Notes under the pieces: generated by a model | What the model was told of the DNA's origin: nothing | The model's input: the letters and a program-made list of their open reading frames with translations, nothing else | Database searches by the model: none | DNA from: a virus | Taxonomy: Duplodnaviria > Heunggongvirae > Uroviricota > Caudoviricetes | Reading direction: 5' to 3' (one strand) | Length of the DNA stretch: 17,898 bases | IMG/VR virus record: IMGVR_UViG_648276670_000009 | Coordinates: 1-17,898 of that record | Part shown: positions 1 to 9,018 of the stretch, in pieces | Layout of the letters: every line of letters begins with the position of its first letter | How positions within the stretch are numbered: position 1 is the first letter of the stretch | Program-made: the position numbers and the translations under genes

Positions 1-401
<401 letters not shown>

Positions 402-541
402 TCGATTACTGTTTTTGTAAACGCACCGCCATTATATCTGCCGCGAAGGTACGCCATTGCAAACGCAAGGATTGCCCCGATGCCTTGTTCCTTTGCCGCG
501 AGAATGGCGGCTAACAGGTCATGTTTTTCTGGCATCTTCAT
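402..541 (-). pseudogene. S: Holin S (lambda S105/S107-like), 5' fragment of ~47 codons truncated by the IS insertion
   Basis: ORF 329..541 (-) begins [47 protein letters not shown], which I recall as the lambda S N-terminus; after codon 47 the sequence diverges into IS sequence. Confidence 0.8.
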
Positions 542-1077
542 GTCTTACCCCCAATAAGGGGATTTGCTCTATTTAATTAGGAATAAGGTCGATTACTGAT
601 AGAACAAATCCAGGCTACTGTGTTTAGTAATCAGATTTGTTCGTGACCGATATGCACGGGCAAAACGGCAGGAGGTTGTTAGCGCAACCTCATGCCACCC
701 GCTTTCACGAAGGTCATGTGTAGAAGGCCGCAGCATAACTATCACTGATGAATCCAGGATAGCCAGTGGCTACGGCCAAGTTTGGGTTGTGGCGGTCGGT
801 GCTGAACTCCGACTTAATGACGATAGGCGTGTACCGACGCCTCGTTTTACTTCCTCCGCTTTCACGGCTTCACCCTAGACCAGCTTTACGAAATCCTCGT
901 AAACCTAACCGCGGCAGATATGACCGGCACGGTGTGCCATATCACGGACCGGCGGGTGTCTCGTTCACCTGATTAACGCATCAGCCTGCGTATTCACCAC
1001 AACGATAAGAGCACTGCGCGGCACCTTTCACCAATTCCGCGAGGTCTGCGGGTTCAATGCTCTTACCTGTTGTGCAA

Positions 1078-1118
1078 ACAAAAAAGCCACCGTTGCAACT
1101 TAAGAGTCACTAACGGCA
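1078..1118 (-). terminator. tR'-like intrinsic terminator just downstream of the late promoter
   Basis: Minus-strand GCTGCCGTTAG...AACGGTGGC hairpin (9-bp stem with two G-U pairs) followed by TTTTTTGTTT; lies ~10-45 nt downstream of the putative PR' start. Confidence 0.5.
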
Positions 1119-1130
1119 GCTTACCCTCTA

Positions 1131-1160
1131 ATTATGGCTAAATGGCTAATTGCATGTCAA
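1131..1160 (-). promoter_or_regulatory. Late promoter PR'-like (Q-utilisation region expected here)
   Basis: Minus strand TTGACA (1160..1155), 18-nt spacer, CATAAT (1136..1131); the -35 overlaps the last codons of Q and the -10 sits just after the Q stop. Position corresponds to lambda PR'. Confidence 0.5.
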
Positions 1161-1656
1161 GGTTTTTAACAGCAACATGCTTAACTTTCTCAACACGTTT
1201 ACGCATTTTGAAAGCATTTTGCATTGGCTGGTATAAAACAAATAATGACGCCTTCAGGATGTCGTCAATTTCGTTTCTACAGGTTGCCAGTGAAGGTTTT
1301 CTCCATCCCTCGCCACCACGTCCACACATCTTGCGTGGCTTTGCAGTCGCGTGATAGTAGGATGCAATTGCTCGCTTAGATGAACCATGAGCGTAGTAGC
1401 TGAGGAGGATGCCAAAGGCTTTCTTGTCAATGTACATGACGGAATCGACGACCTGAGAAATCAACATTCCATCATCATCATTACACATTGGCCTTGTCAT
1501 AACTCTTCCCGGCTCTACGCTCTCCATGAACTTCGCTATTACGCTGCTCATGCGCTTTTCCAGGCGACCTGAATAAACCCATGCGCCCCACAGTTCAAGC
1601 CAGCCATTCAGCCAATCGTGCTGCTCTTTGGTGAGGTTTAGTTCTCTTATGCCCAT
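1138..1656 (-). CDS. Q: Late-gene antiterminator Q (non-lambda Q type)
   Basis: 172-aa ORF in the Q position (after ninI, before PR'/tR' and S). Sequence is unlike lambda Q; the family assignment rests on position plus vague recall of Q21/933W-type Q proteins. Confidence 0.55.
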   Translation of the reverse strand: MGIRELNLTKEQHDWLNGWLELWGAWVYSGRLEKRMSSVIAKFMESVEPGRVMTRPMCNDDDGMLISQVVDSVMYIDKKAFGILLSYYAHGSSKRAIASYYHATAKPRKMCGRGGEGWRKPSLATCRNEIDDILKASLFVLYQPMQNAFKMRKRVEKVKHVAVKNLDMQLAI

Positions 1657-2318
1657 GCGCCTTCTCCCTGTACCTGAATCAATGTGAGGTTTCCGCAGAA
1701 CACCGCGCCGGTATCGATATACATCTGGTTGGCAAATTTGAGTGGTTTCACTGCTGGCGTATGACCAAAGATGAACGTGTCCGCTCCTTTGATTTCTTTC
1801 ACGATCCCGTCTTGTGAGTTGCTGATTCGTTCGCGGTTCCAGATTACCTGCTGATGATCAACTGGCTTTCCAAATTCGTATTCGTCACAAGGATAATCGG
1901 CGTGGCAGATGACATATTTTTTATCTTTGCTCACCAGTTCGATGATTAGCGGAAGTTCATCTGCTTTATGGGCAAGAGCTTTAGCCAGAATTTCTTTGTC
2001 GTAATCGAGATTAAAGAACCAGCCACCGCCATTAAGCTGCCAGTGATTAACGTTTCCACGCTCTGATAAGCCATCAATCATCATGTGCTCATGGTTTCCA
2101 CGTACAGCTCTGAACCAGGGGAATGTGATTAATTCCAGGCATTCGACGTTCTCTGTACCGCGATCAACCAAATCGCCCACTGAGATAAGCAGGTCTTTTT
2201 TGGTGTCGAATACTATCGTCTCCAGTTTTTTCATCAGGTTCGTGTAGCATCCGTGCAGATCGCCAACTACCCAAATATTTCGGTATTTGCTGCCATCAAT
2301 TTTTTCGTAATAGCGCAT
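1647..2318 (-). CDS. ninI: NinI Ser/Thr protein phosphatase (lambda PPase-like)
   Basis: From [25 protein letters not shown]...GNHE, the calcineurin-like phosphoesterase motifs GDLHG, GDLVDRG, GNHE are present and the sequence is near-identical to recalled lambda orf221. Start chosen at the MRYYEK ATG (2318) with GGAG 8 nt upstream; the upstream in-frame extension overlaps ninH. Confidence 0.85.
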   Translation of the reverse strand: MRYYEKIDGSKYRNIWVVGDLHGCYTNLMKKLETIVFDTKKDLLISVGDLVDRGTENVECLELITFPWFRAVRGNHEHMMIDGLSERGNVNHWQLNGGGWFFNLDYDKEILAKALAHKADELPLIIELVSKDKKYVICHADYPCDEYEFGKPVDHQQVIWNRERISNSQDGIVKEIKGADTFIFGHTPAVKPLKFANQMYIDTGAVFCGNLTLIQVQGEGAWA

Positions 2319-2502
2319 CTCTTTCACTCCATCCGCGATGAACCATGAGAACGTCGTTGACGATGGCGTGCATTTTCCCGTCTTTATCATCAACGTATTT
2401 TCTGACCGTACCGCGACTACATTTCAGTCTGCGTGCTACTTCTGTCTGGTTTCCGTATGCTTCAACGAGCATGTCTGGAATGGTTTTTACTGAGAACGTC
2501 AT
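2296..2502 (-). CDS. ninH: NinH
   Basis: 68-aa [40 protein letters not shown]..., recalled as lambda NinH; start overlaps the ninG stop (ATGA). Confidence 0.75.
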   Translation of the reverse strand: MTFSVKTIPDMLVEAYGNQTEVARRLKCSRGTVRKYVDDKDGKMHAIVNDVLMVHRGWSERDALLRKN

Positions 2503-3110
2503 GCGGCCTCACTTCTGCTATTTCGCAGGTCTTTGAGTTTCTGCTGATACTCCGCCTTGATGGCCCTGCACTCTTCGACAGTCCAGCGATGGCGGTTATG
2601 GTTTGATTCGATTTCGTCTACTGCTTCCTGCCCGATGCGATTAATCAGTTCGACGCGATACGGAACGAGATTTCCGCTTTTGTGCTGGTTGCACACCACG
2701 CATTGCTTGTGAATATTGCGTTCATCAAATCGGAGTTGAGGTTCCGCAGCAGTTGTCCGGTAATGTCCGGCATCCCACTGAGCAGACGTGAGCGTTCCGC
2801 ACGAGATACATGGTAAGTCGCGGTCTCTTTCTCTGATGAAGGCGTTTACGGCTTGTTGGGCTTGTTTAATCCAGTAACTGCGGGGCTTTAAGGCGAGTTT
2901 TCGAATCTTAAGTTTATCTTTCTGTTTCTGCTCCTCTCGTCGTCGTTTCTTCTCTGCTGCTTTTTCCGCTTTTTCGCGTTCTTTGCTTCGTCGTTCGAGT
3001 GCTATCTTGGTTCCACACTCTGGAGAGCACCACCACTGATTAGCGAATGCAGGGTGAAACCATTCCCGACATTCATCGTTTTTACATCGTCTTCGCGCTG
3101 GTTTAGCCAT
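2499..3110 (-). CDS. ninG: NinG/Rap recombination-promoting structure-specific endonuclease
   Basis: 203-aa [25 protein letters not shown]...; Cys/His-rich, lysine-rich segment; matches recalled lambda NinG (204 aa) and its position. Confidence 0.8.
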   Translation of the reverse strand: MAKPARRRCKNDECREWFHPAFANQWWCSPECGTKIALERRSKEREKAEKAAEKKRRREEQKQKDKLKIRKLALKPRSYWIKQAQQAVNAFIRERDRDLPCISCGTLTSAQWDAGHYRTTAAEPQLRFDERNIHKQCVVCNQHKSGNLVPYRVELINRIGQEAVDEIESNHNRHRWTVEECRAIKAEYQQKLKDLRNSRSEAA

Positions 3111-3279
3111 CGTCTTCTTCCTCGTACATTGAGCTATTCGGATCGCTCATCAGTTCTGCGCAGCAGTGCTCACACACGTGAACTTCCAGCACATGCAGCT
3201 TCTGACCGCAGTTAGCGCACGTTAAAGCCCGCTCGACGCTTTCTTTCTGGTATTGAATGGATTGTGATGGGCTAAGCAT
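3103..3279 (-). CDS. ninF: NinF
   Basis: 58-aa ORF not in the ORF track (below its size cut-off): [58 protein letters not shown]; start overlaps the upstream stop (TAATG), stop overlaps the ninG start. Recalled as lambda NinF-like. Confidence 0.65.
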   Translation of the reverse strand: MLSPSQSIQYQKESVERALTCANCGQKLHVLEVHVCEHCCAELMSDPNSSMYEEEDDG

Positions 3280-3644
3280 TATTGGATTCTCTGCATCATG
3301 AGAAAGACAATCATGGCGGCGCGGAGGGGATTTTCATGTATAGCTCGCTTAGATTTACAGTAGGCCACACCGCGTGCACCCCACTCGTCTTCATCGAGAT
3401 TGATAATGCTAATCCTGTATTTTTCAATAATCGGCCATGCGTCTGCTGGGTTTGCGCATGGGTTAAAGGATCCGCGCTCAACTTCTACTTCAACTGCGTC
3501 TCCGTTTACAATGTCTCCCTCAAATGAGACAAACACCATATCGCCATTCTCACCTTCTTTGTAATCCGGTGATCCGTTATGAATGGCTTCGAATACCGCC
3601 ACGTTAATTTCAAAATCACTTAACTGTGAATAATCCATTGTCAT
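3279..3644 (-). CDS. Nin-region protein, NinX-like (unknown function)
   Basis: ORF 3279..3680 (-); start placed at the ATG at 3644, which overlaps the upstream ninE-like stop (ATGA), giving [24 protein letters not shown]... Family name is a guess from position in P22-type nin regions. Confidence 0.5.
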   Translation of the reverse strand: MTMDYSQLSDFEINVAVFEAIHNGSPDYKEGENGDMVFVSFEGDIVNGDAVEVEVERGSFNPCANPADAWPIIEKYRISIINLDEDEWGARGVAYCKSKRAIHENPLRAAMIVFLMMQRIQ

Positions 3645-3817
3645 TTCCTCGCACGATATCTTAGCCACCGGATATCCCACAGGTGAGCTGTGTAATTGAA
3701 GGTTTTTACGTCAGATTCTTTTGGGATTGGCTTGCGTTTATTTCTGGAGCGTTTCGTTGGAAGGTATTTGCAGTTTTCGCAGATTATGTCGGTGATACTT
3801 CGTCGCTGTCGTCTCAT
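3641..3817 (-). CDS. NinE-like small nin-region protein
   Basis: 58-aa [58 protein letters not shown]; start overlaps the ninB stop. Recalled as lambda/P22 NinE (possibly NinD) family. Confidence 0.6.
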   Translation of the reverse strand: MRRQRRSITDIICENCKYLPTKRSRNKRKPIPKESDVKTFNYTAHLWDIRWLRYRARK

Positions 3818-4254
3818 GCCGCCCTGTCTCCCCATCGCGCTTTCCATTCGAGAGCCAGTCGCGCTTCGTCTGACCACTTAACGCCACGCTCTGTACCGAA
3901 TGCCTGTATAAGCTCTAATAGCTCCGCAAATTCGCTTACACGCATCCTGCTGGTTGACTGGCCTATTACCACAAAGCCATTCCCGGCAAGGTTAGGAACA
4001 ACGTCCTGCTGCTTTAATGCTGCGGTAAACACACACTTCCAGCTTTCTGCATCCAGCCAGCGACCATGCCATTCAACCTGACGAGAGACGTCACCTAAGC
4101 AGGCCCATAGCTTCCTGTTTTGGTCTAAGCTGCGGTTGCGTTCCTGAATGGTTACTACGATTGGTTTGGTTGGGTCTGGAAGGATTTGCTGTACTGCGTG
4201 AATAGCGTTCTGCTGATGTGCTGGAGATCGAATTTCAAAGGTTAGTTTTTTCAT
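3814..4254 (-). CDS. ninB: NinB recombination protein (lambda Orf family)
   Basis: From [56 protein letters not shown]... near-identical to recalled lambda NinB (146 aa). Start at ATG 4254. Confidence 0.85.
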   Translation of the reverse strand: MKKLTFEIRSPAHQQNAIHAVQQILPDPTKPIVVTIQERNRSLDQNRKLWACLGDVSRQVEWHGRWLDAESWKCVFTAALKQQDVVPNLAGNGFVVIGQSTSRMRVSEFAELLELIQAFGTERGVKWSDEARLALEWKARWGDRAA

Positions 4255-4270
4255 GACTTCCCTCTCCCCC

Positions 4271-4301
4271 AAATAAAAAGGCCTGCGATTACCAGCAGGC
4301 C
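4271..4301 (-). terminator. tR2-like intrinsic terminator between replication genes and the nin region
   Basis: Minus-strand hairpin GGCCTGC(loop 8 nt)GCAGGCC followed by TTTTTATTT; located between the helicase stop (4328) and the ninB start (4254), the position of lambda tR2. Confidence 0.6.
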
Positions 4302-4327
4302 TGTTATTAGCTCAGTGATGTAGATGG

Positions 4328-5704
4328 TCATACGTCAGCCCCTTGTGCATATCGTCTGCCACGTGCAGCGGGTGCATTTGATGTTGTGCAAATCTGTCTG
4401 GCTTCATCCTGGTCACATGCAACAAAGTGTCCGTTGCAGAACCGCTGGTAAACCGTACCAAGCGAGCCAAAACGGTTTTTCGTCACAATGATTTCAGCAA
4501 ATGGCGCGGCGCTACTGTTCTCGTCATATACCGCTTCCCGATAGAGCATGATGATTGAGTCTGCGTCCTGTTCAATGCTTCCTGAATCACGCAAATCTGC
4601 GTTTGTCGGGCGTTTATTTGGTCGCTTCTCAACATCGCGCGAAAGCTGACTTAGGGAGATAACTGGCGTTTTCAGGTCTTTCGCCATCGCCTTCAGGCTT
4701 CCGGAGATGTGAGCAATTGCGAGGTCGTTGCGGTCTGCTTTCGGCTTCTCAATCAGGCCAAGATAATCCGCCATGATGAGTGACAGGTTTGGATTTTCCT
4801 GTTTGTGCCGTTCTGCGATTGAGCGTATTTCTTCGACCGATAACCGCGAGGCATCGACTACCCATACATCCAAATCTGCAAGCTGACTCATGCCGTTAGC
4901 AACACGCGCCCAGCCTTCGTCATCCATCGATGCAGGATTTCGCAGTACGCTAACCGACATCCTCCCGGCGTTGGCAATGCTTCGCTCTGCAATCTGCAAT
5001 GCGCTCATTTCCATTGAGAAAATCAATACCCCGCGCCGGACGTCAGAACCAGGAATAACGCGGCTTGCAACGCCTTCGGCAATCTTCAGCGCCAGTTCGG
5101 TTTTCCCCATACCAGGACGAGCAGCGATTATCACAAGGTCTTCTGCGTTCATCCCTCCGGTGATAGCGTCAAGTTCTTCGATTCCGGTCTTCAGGGTATC
5201 TGACTCTTCTCCGTTCCTCAGACGCCTGTCAAGCGTGTCAGTGTAGTCGGTGATGATTTCCCCTAACCGTACAGGTTTAACCTCGTCACGTGGCTTTCTG
5301 ATGGCTGAAAGACGCTTTACAAGCTCATCCATCGCCTGACTCGATGTATCGATGGTTCCGCTCTGAATTGGTTCACGCATTTCATCCATGATTTCCAGCA
5401 CCAGACGGCGGTGATAGTTATCCGCGACCATTCCGGCATATCCCTTCAGGTTTGCGGCACTCGGGCAGTTTTTGCTGGTCATCAGGATTGACGTGAAATG
5501 CTCCTCTCCGCACGCCTCGGCAACCATCAGCGCATCGATTAGGTTTCTGTTTCTCGCCTGCTTGCGGATAACCTCGAAGGCTTTCCGGTAGAGCGGAATT
5601 GAAAACGCTTCCGGCTCCAGCGTTGCCAGAACGTCGCTGGCGGTTGGTGTTAATCCACCAATCAGCAGGCCACCGATAACGCTCGCTTCGATATCCTGTC
5701 TCAT
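4328..5704 (-). CDS. DnaB-family replicative helicase (P22 gp12-like)
   Basis: 458 aa; Walker [13 protein letters not shown], Walker B-like [11 protein letters not shown]-terminal domain resembling DnaB ([15 protein letters not shown]); start overlaps the stop of the upstream O-like gene. Confidence 0.8.
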   Translation of the reverse strand: MRQDIEASVIGGLLIGGLTPTASDVLATLEPEAFSIPLYRKAFEVIRKQARNRNLIDALMVAEACGEEHFTSILMTSKNCPSAANLKGYAGMVADNYHRRLVLEIMDEMREPIQSGTIDTSSQAMDELVKRLSAIRKPRDEVKPVRLGEIITDYTDTLDRRLRNGEESDTLKTGIEELDAITGGMNAEDLVIIAARPGMGKTELALKIAEGVASRVIPGSDVRRGVLIFSMEMSALQIAERSIANAGRMSVSVLRNPASMDDEGWARVANGMSQLADLDVWVVDASRLSVEEIRSIAERHKQENPNLSLIMADYLGLIEKPKADRNDLAIAHISGSLKAMAKDLKTPVISLSQLSRDVEKRPNKRPTNADLRDSGSIEQDADSIIMLYREAVYDENSSAAPFAEIIVTKNRFGSLGTVYQRFCNGHFVACDQDEARQICTTSNAPAARGRRYAQGADV

Positions 5705-6648
5705 GCAATCCCCCTGTCTGCAAACTTCCCTTCCCGTACTCCCGTTAACGAATCTTCCCTCAGCAGGTAATCAAAATCTGCCGTCCAGCCCGTGTCGTTG
5801 TCTCCGAAGTAAAACGGCTTGGCCTGATGCACAAACGCCCTGACATACGCTCTGAAACCGTCCACGTTTGGCGTTTTCAGTTGCGGGATGATTTTCTTCA
5901 GGCGGCGTTTGCGTTTCTCGTTGACCGCAACAGCATGTGGAAGTCTGTCACCGACTTCGGTGTTGTAGGCGTTCAGGAAGGATTCGTAGTCGATTCGTTC
6001 TGCCTTGCGACGTTCAGGTTTAACCTGCCCATCGCCTCCCCCATTGGGGGGTAGGGGGGTATTATTTATATTCTTGTTAATACCTTCTTGTTCATGATGT
6101 GCGGTTGTTTGTGCGGCTTCATGTGCGCTTTCATGTGTGGCATGTACGCTGAAAGCCGCGCCATTACTGGCTTCATCATGTGCGGCATCATGTGCGGTTG
6201 TTTGTGCGGCTTCATGTGCGGGTGAATTGTCCATTTTTTGAGCATATTCATGGTAATTTGTGATGGTGATCACACGACCTTTTTGCTTCTCTCCATCAAT
6301 GGAGATCATCCCCTCTTTCACAAAAACCTGAAGCATCCGCTCAACCTGATCGCGGCTTGCTGGCTTGCCATGCCTGTCGCATAACTGAAGACCTAAATCA
6401 GCTGCTGTCACAACCAGTTGACCGGGTTGCAGATGCCATTCATGACCTTTGAAATTCGCTTTGTATGGCTTTCTGGCGGCATTCAGGAGAAGGTTTTCCC
6501 ACAGGGTGCGAAGATAAACATCTTTCGCCCATGACTGTTTCAGAATGCTCCGGTACAACGGAATGTAACCAGTTTTCTGGTTCTCCATCCTGTTGCTCCT
6601 GCGCTCGTGTGCGGCGCTGAAATCGTAGATTTTTGCTGTATTGCTCAT
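5701..6648 (-). CDS. Replication initiator (lambda O / P22 gp18-like) with internal iteron-encoded linker
   Basis: 315 aa; N-terminus [10 protein letters not shown] resembles lambda O MTNTAKILNF; central repetitive segment [18 protein letters not shown]...[13 protein letters not shown] is encoded by the direct repeats at 6066..6235; sits upstream of the helicase as in P22 18-12. Confidence 0.7.
   Translation of the reverse strand: MSNTAKIYDFSAAHERRSNRMENQKTGYIPLYRSILKQSWAKDVYLRTLWENLLLNAARKPYKANFKGHEWHLQPGQLVVTAADLGLQLCDRHGKPASRDQVERMLQVFVKEGMISIDGEKQKGRVITITNYHEYAQKMDNSPAHEAAQTTAHDAAHDEASNGAAFSVHATHESAHEAAQTTAHHEQEGINKNINNTPLPPNGGGDGQVKPERRKAERIDYESFLNAYNTEVGDRLPHAVAVNEKRKRRLKKIIPQLKTPNVDGFRAYVRAFVHQAKPFYFGDNDTGWTADFDYLLREDSLTGVREGKFADRGIA
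6066..6235. repeat. Putative replication origin iterons inside the initiator gene
   Basis: Repeated TCATGTGCGG / CATGTGCG(G/C/T)-type units, with a duplicated ~40-nt block (catcatgtgcggttgtttgtgcggcttcatgtgcg). In lambda, ori iterons also lie within O. Confidence 0.6.
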
Positions 6649-6650
6649 AA

Positions 6651-6923
6651 CTACCTGCCTTGACGAAAGACCTTAAGAACATCGTTAAACTGACTTACGG
6701 ATATGTCTTCTTTGAGCAGCTTTTCCAGAAATGCGTTTGGAATGAACGTATATCCCTCCTCTTTTGGTAGAGACGGGAGCAACGCCCTCGCCTCAGCCTT
6801 CAGAAGCTCAGTTCTGGCAACTTTCACAAAAGAGATTTGAGTTCTTTCATCAATGGAACGAAGGAAGCGCAAACGCTTAGCTTCTTTGTGTGTATCAGGT
6901 GGATTAAAGCCTTTGTTTCGCAT
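6651..6923 (-). CDS. Hypothetical protein (90 aa) between cII and the initiator gene
   Basis: In the long ORF 6651..7235 only the part from the ATG at 6923 (MRNKGFNPPDTHKE...) lies downstream of cII; GAGGT sits 7 nt upstream of it. No recognised family. Confidence 0.45.
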   Translation of the reverse strand: MRNKGFNPPDTHKEAKRLRFLRSIDERTQISFVKVARTELLKAEARALLPSLPKEEGYTFIPNAFLEKLLKEDISVSQFNDVLKVFRQGR

Positions 6924-6934
6924 ATAATTACCTC

Positions 6935-7002
6935 GTTGGATGTTGTTAAAATTCCATTTGTATTTGATCAGAACGCTCGGTCTTGCACACCGGGCGTTTT
7001 TT
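6935..7002 (+). ncRNA. OOP-like antisense RNA overlapping the cII 3' end
   Basis: Plus-strand TATAAT at 6923..6928 and, ~65 nt downstream, a hairpin CGCTCGGT(loop)ACCGGGCG followed by TTTTTTATT (6974..7002) inside the 3' end of cII, the arrangement of lambda oop. Ends are approximate. Confidence 0.45.
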
Positions 7003-7242
7003 ATTGGTGAGAATCGAAGCAACTTGTCGTGCCAATCGAGCCATGTCGTCGTCGACGACGCCCCATTCAAGAACAGCAAGCAGCATTGAGAACTTTGGAA
7101 TCCAGTCCCTCTTCCACCTGCTGATCTGAGACTTATCAACGCCAACAGCTTCCGCTGTCTTCTCAGTTCCAAGCATTGCGATTTTGTTAAGCAACGCACT
7201 CTCGATTCGTAGAGCCTCGTTGCGTTTGTTTGCACGAACCAT
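6946..7242 (-). CDS. cII: Transcriptional activator CII
   Basis: From MVRANKRNEALRIESALLNKIAMLGTEKTAEAVGVDKSQISRWKRDWIPKFSMLLAVLEWGVVDDDMARLARQV..., near-identical to recalled lambda CII. The ORF-track extension upstream of this Met is not used. Confidence 0.9.
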   Translation of the reverse strand: MVRANKRNEALRIESALLNKIAMLGTEKTAEAVGVDKSQISRWKRDWIPKFSMLLAVLEWGVVDDDMARLARQVASILTNKKRPVCKTERSDQIQMEF

Positions 7243-7321
7243 ATGTAAGTATTTCCTTAGATAACAATTGATTGAATGTATGCAAATAAATGCACACACC
7301 ATAGGTGTGGTTTAATTTGAT

Positions 7322-7353
7322 GCCCTTTTTCAGGGCTGGGATGTGTAAGAGCG
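7322..7353 (-). promoter_or_regulatory. nutR (boxA + boxB) N-utilisation site
   Basis: Minus strand reads CGCTCTTACA (boxA) then GCCCTGAAAAAGGGC (boxB hairpin), between cro and cII. Confidence 0.8.
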
Positions 7354-7361
7354 GGAATGTC

Positions 7362-7577
7362 TTAAGCGGCTTTGTGTTCCGGCGGGAACACGTCATCAAG
7401 ACTGACTTTTGCGCCTAACTTGTTTAGGCATGCAACAAGAGCGCGGCATGTTTTAAGGTCTGGGAAGCGACGACCAGATTCCCAATGCCCAATAGCTCCC
7501 TGTGTGCATCCAACCGCCTTAGCAAGTGTTGTTTGAGAGATATTCAGTGACTCTCGATATTTTCGTAGGTTGCTCAT
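7362..7577 (-). CDS. cro: Cro-like repressor (XRE-type HTH, non-lambda specificity)
   Basis: Start at the internal ATG 7577 (MSNLRKYRESLNISQTTLAKAVGCTQGAIGHWESG...), preceded by GGAGGG; divergent from cI across an operator region; an HTH similar to the N-terminal domain of the adjacent cI. Confidence 0.75.
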   Translation of the reverse strand: MSNLRKYRESLNISQTTLAKAVGCTQGAIGHWESGRRFPDLKTCRALVACLNKLGAKVSLDDVFPPEHKAA

Positions 7578-7688
7578 ATGCCCTCCATAGTAACCATGAG
7601 ACAATAATACGATATGTACTTTTGGAATGCAAACAAAAAATACATCTTGTGCATGGATGGTTTTAGTACAGAGCGTAATAATAAGGAT
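7578..7688. promoter_or_regulatory. OR-like divergent promoter/operator region (PR toward cro, PRM toward cI)
   Basis: On the minus strand, TTGCAT (7632..7627), 17-nt spacer, TATTAT (7609..7604) upstream of the cro leader; several GTAC / AATAC-containing partial palindromes are candidate operator half-sites. Operator boundaries are not resolved. Confidence 0.55.
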
Positions 7689-8348
7689 ATGAAAATGAAA
7701 TGGTATGAACTGGCTAGATCCAGAATGAAAGAGCTCGGCATAACTCAAGAGAAGTTAGCTGAAGAGCTTGGTATGACGCAGGGTGGAATTGGTCACTGGT
7801 TGCGCGGATCTCGTCATCCATCTCTTGACGAGATTGGTGTGGTGTTTAAATACCTTGGTATTGATAACGTCTCATTCAACCACGACGGTACATTTTCACC
7901 TGTTGGCGAATACTCATCTGCCCCCGTTAAAAAACAATATGAGTACCCTGTTTTTTCTCATGTTCAGGCCGGGATGTTCTCGCCTGAGCTTAGAACCTTT
8001 ACCAAAGGTGATGCGGAGAGATGGGTCAGCACAACCAAAAAAGCCAGTGATTGTGCGTTTTGGCTTGAAGTTGAAGGTAATTCCATGACCGCGCCAACAG
8101 GATCCAAGCCAAGCTTTCCTGACGGGATGTTAATTCTCGTTGACCCTGAGCAGGCTGTTGAGCCAGGTGATTTCTGCATAGCCAGACTTGGTGGTGACGA
8201 GTTTACCTTCAAGAAACTGATCAGGGATAGCGGTCAGGTGTTCCTACAGCCACTAAACCCGCAATATCCAATGATTCCATGCAATGATAGCTGTTCCGTA
8301 GTAGGGAAAGTTATCGCCAGCCAGTGGCCTGAAGAGACATTTAGTTAA
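7689..8348 (+). CDS. cI: CI repressor: lambda-like C-terminal S24/LexA-type autocleavage domain fused to a divergent N-terminal HTH domain
   Basis: C-terminal ~135 aa ([39 protein letters not shown]...[15 protein letters not shown]) near-identical to recalled lambda CI; the N-terminal ~90 aa is unlike lambda. Start could be 7689 or 7695 (MKMKW / MKW); the track ORF starts further upstream at 7614. Confidence 0.85.
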   Translation: MKMKWYELARSRMKELGITQEKLAEELGMTQGGIGHWLRGSRHPSLDEIGVVFKYLGIDNVSFNHDGTFSPVGEYSSAPVKKQYEYPVFSHVQAGMFSPELRTFTKGDAERWVSTTKKASDCAFWLEVEGNSMTAPTGSKPSFPDGMLILVDPEQAVEPGDFCIARLGGDEFTFKKLIRDSGQVFLQPLNPQYPMIPCNDSCSVVGKVIASQWPEETFS

Positions 8349-8380
8349 CAGCCTCACCACTCTAAAACACACAACAATAA

Positions 8381-8409
8381 CCCGACCTTAGCGTCGGGTT
8401 TTCTTTTTC
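8381..8409 (+). terminator. Intrinsic terminator downstream of cI
   Basis: CCCGAC(loop CTTAGC)GTCGGG hairpin followed by TTTTCTTTTT, 33 nt after the cI stop. No rex-like genes lie between cI and pL. Confidence 0.6.
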
Positions 8410-8473
8410 CAAAATATAAACCCATTAAATACAAAGTGTTATAAAAAACTAATTATATTTAGAACATTTTGTA

Positions 8474-8502
8474 TTGACTCGATAAAGTACAAATCGTACT
8501 AT
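8474..8502 (+). promoter_or_regulatory. pL-like early leftward promoter (with OL operators upstream and overlapping)
   Basis: TTGACT (8474..8479), 17-nt spacer, TACTAT (8497..8502), followed by ATCAGCAGGACGCACT as in the recalled lambda pL transcript start; AATACAAA(A/G)TGT motif in both orientations at ~8427..8472 and an AGTAC-N5-GTACT palindrome at 8487..8501 are candidate operators. Confidence 0.7.
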
Positions 8503-8542
8503 TTAGCCATCAGCAGGACGCACTAACCGCCATGAAGGTGAG

Positions 8543-8572
8543 GCTCTTAAAAATTTAGCCCTGAAGAAGGGC
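8543..8572 (+). promoter_or_regulatory. nutL (boxA + boxB)
   Basis: GCTCTTAA (boxA) followed by GCCCTGAAGAAGGGC (boxB stem-loop), upstream of N. Confidence 0.8.
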
Positions 8573-8682
8573 AGCATTCAAAGCAGAAAGCTTTGAGTAG
8601 CGCGAAATGCAGCTGCAAGACAGCAACCGTGGAGATAAGCATCACGGCGCGTTACTCAAAGCTAACTGACAGGAGAATCCAG

Positions 8683-9009
8683 ATGGATGCACAAACACGC
8701 CGCCGCGAACGTCGCGCAGAGAAACAGGCTCAATGGAAAGCAGCAAATCCCCTGTTGGTTGGGGTAAGCGCAAAACCAGTTAACCGCCCTATTCTCTCGC
8801 TGAATCGCAAACCGAAATCACGAGTAGAAAGCGCACTGAATCCGATAGACCTTACGGTGCTGGCTGAATACCACGAACAGATTGAAAGCAACCTGCAACG
8901 TATTGAGCGCAAGAATCAGCGCACATGGTACAGCAAGCCACGCAGTGAAATGGGTGTGACTTGTGTTGGTCGCCAGAAAATGAAATTAGGCAGCAAGCCA
9001 CTTATTTGA
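8683..9009 (+). CDS. N: Antitermination protein N
   Basis: From MDAQTRRRERRAEKQAQWKAANPLLVGVSAKPVNRPILSLNRKPKSRVESALNPIDLTVLAEYH..., near-identical to recalled lambda N (Arg-rich boxB-binding motif); AGGAG RBS before ATG 8683. The track ORF start at 8593 is not used. Confidence 0.9.
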   Translation: MDAQTRRRERRAEKQAQWKAANPLLVGVSAKPVNRPILSLNRKPKSRVESALNPIDLTVLAEYHEQIESNLQRIERKNQRTWYSKPRSEMGVTCVGRQKMKLGSKPLI

Positions 9010-9018
9010 GGTGATGGA

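Noticed and set aside
559-1077. Possible tRNA genes or a coding gene between tR' and S (including track ORF 766..972 +)
   Set aside because: Stx-type phages carry tRNAs in this position, so I looked for cloverleaf features; only a weak GTCGG...CCGAC stem ending CCA was found, with a 9-nt loop instead of a canonical T-loop. The 766..972 ORF is Arg/Pro-rich with no RBS and on the wrong strand for late transcription.
3282-4081. Plus-strand ORFs 3282..3527, 3683..4081 and 3696..3881
   Set aside because: Antisense to the well-supported minus-strand ninX-like, ninE-like and ninB genes.
4890-5723. ORFs 4890..5246 (+) and 5418..5723 (-)
   Set aside because: Both overlap the DnaB-like helicase gene in other frames or on the other strand; the helicase frame carries the recognisable motifs.
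6066-6251. Minus-strand ORF with repetitive [12 protein letters not shown] sequence and direct repeats that could be mistaken for a CRISPR-like array
   Set aside because: It is an alternative frame of the iteron repeats inside the initiator gene; the repeats are short and contiguous, without spacers or cas genes, so they are origin iterons and not CRISPR.
7783-8212. ORFs 7783..8088 (+) and 7964..8212 (-)
   Set aside because: Alternative frame of, or antisense to, the cI gene, whose frame is strongly supported by the lambda-like C-terminal domain.
8349-8473. rexA/rexB-like exclusion genes between cI and pL
   Set aside because: Only ~125 bp of non-coding sequence with a terminator and operator-like repeats lies here; no ORFs.
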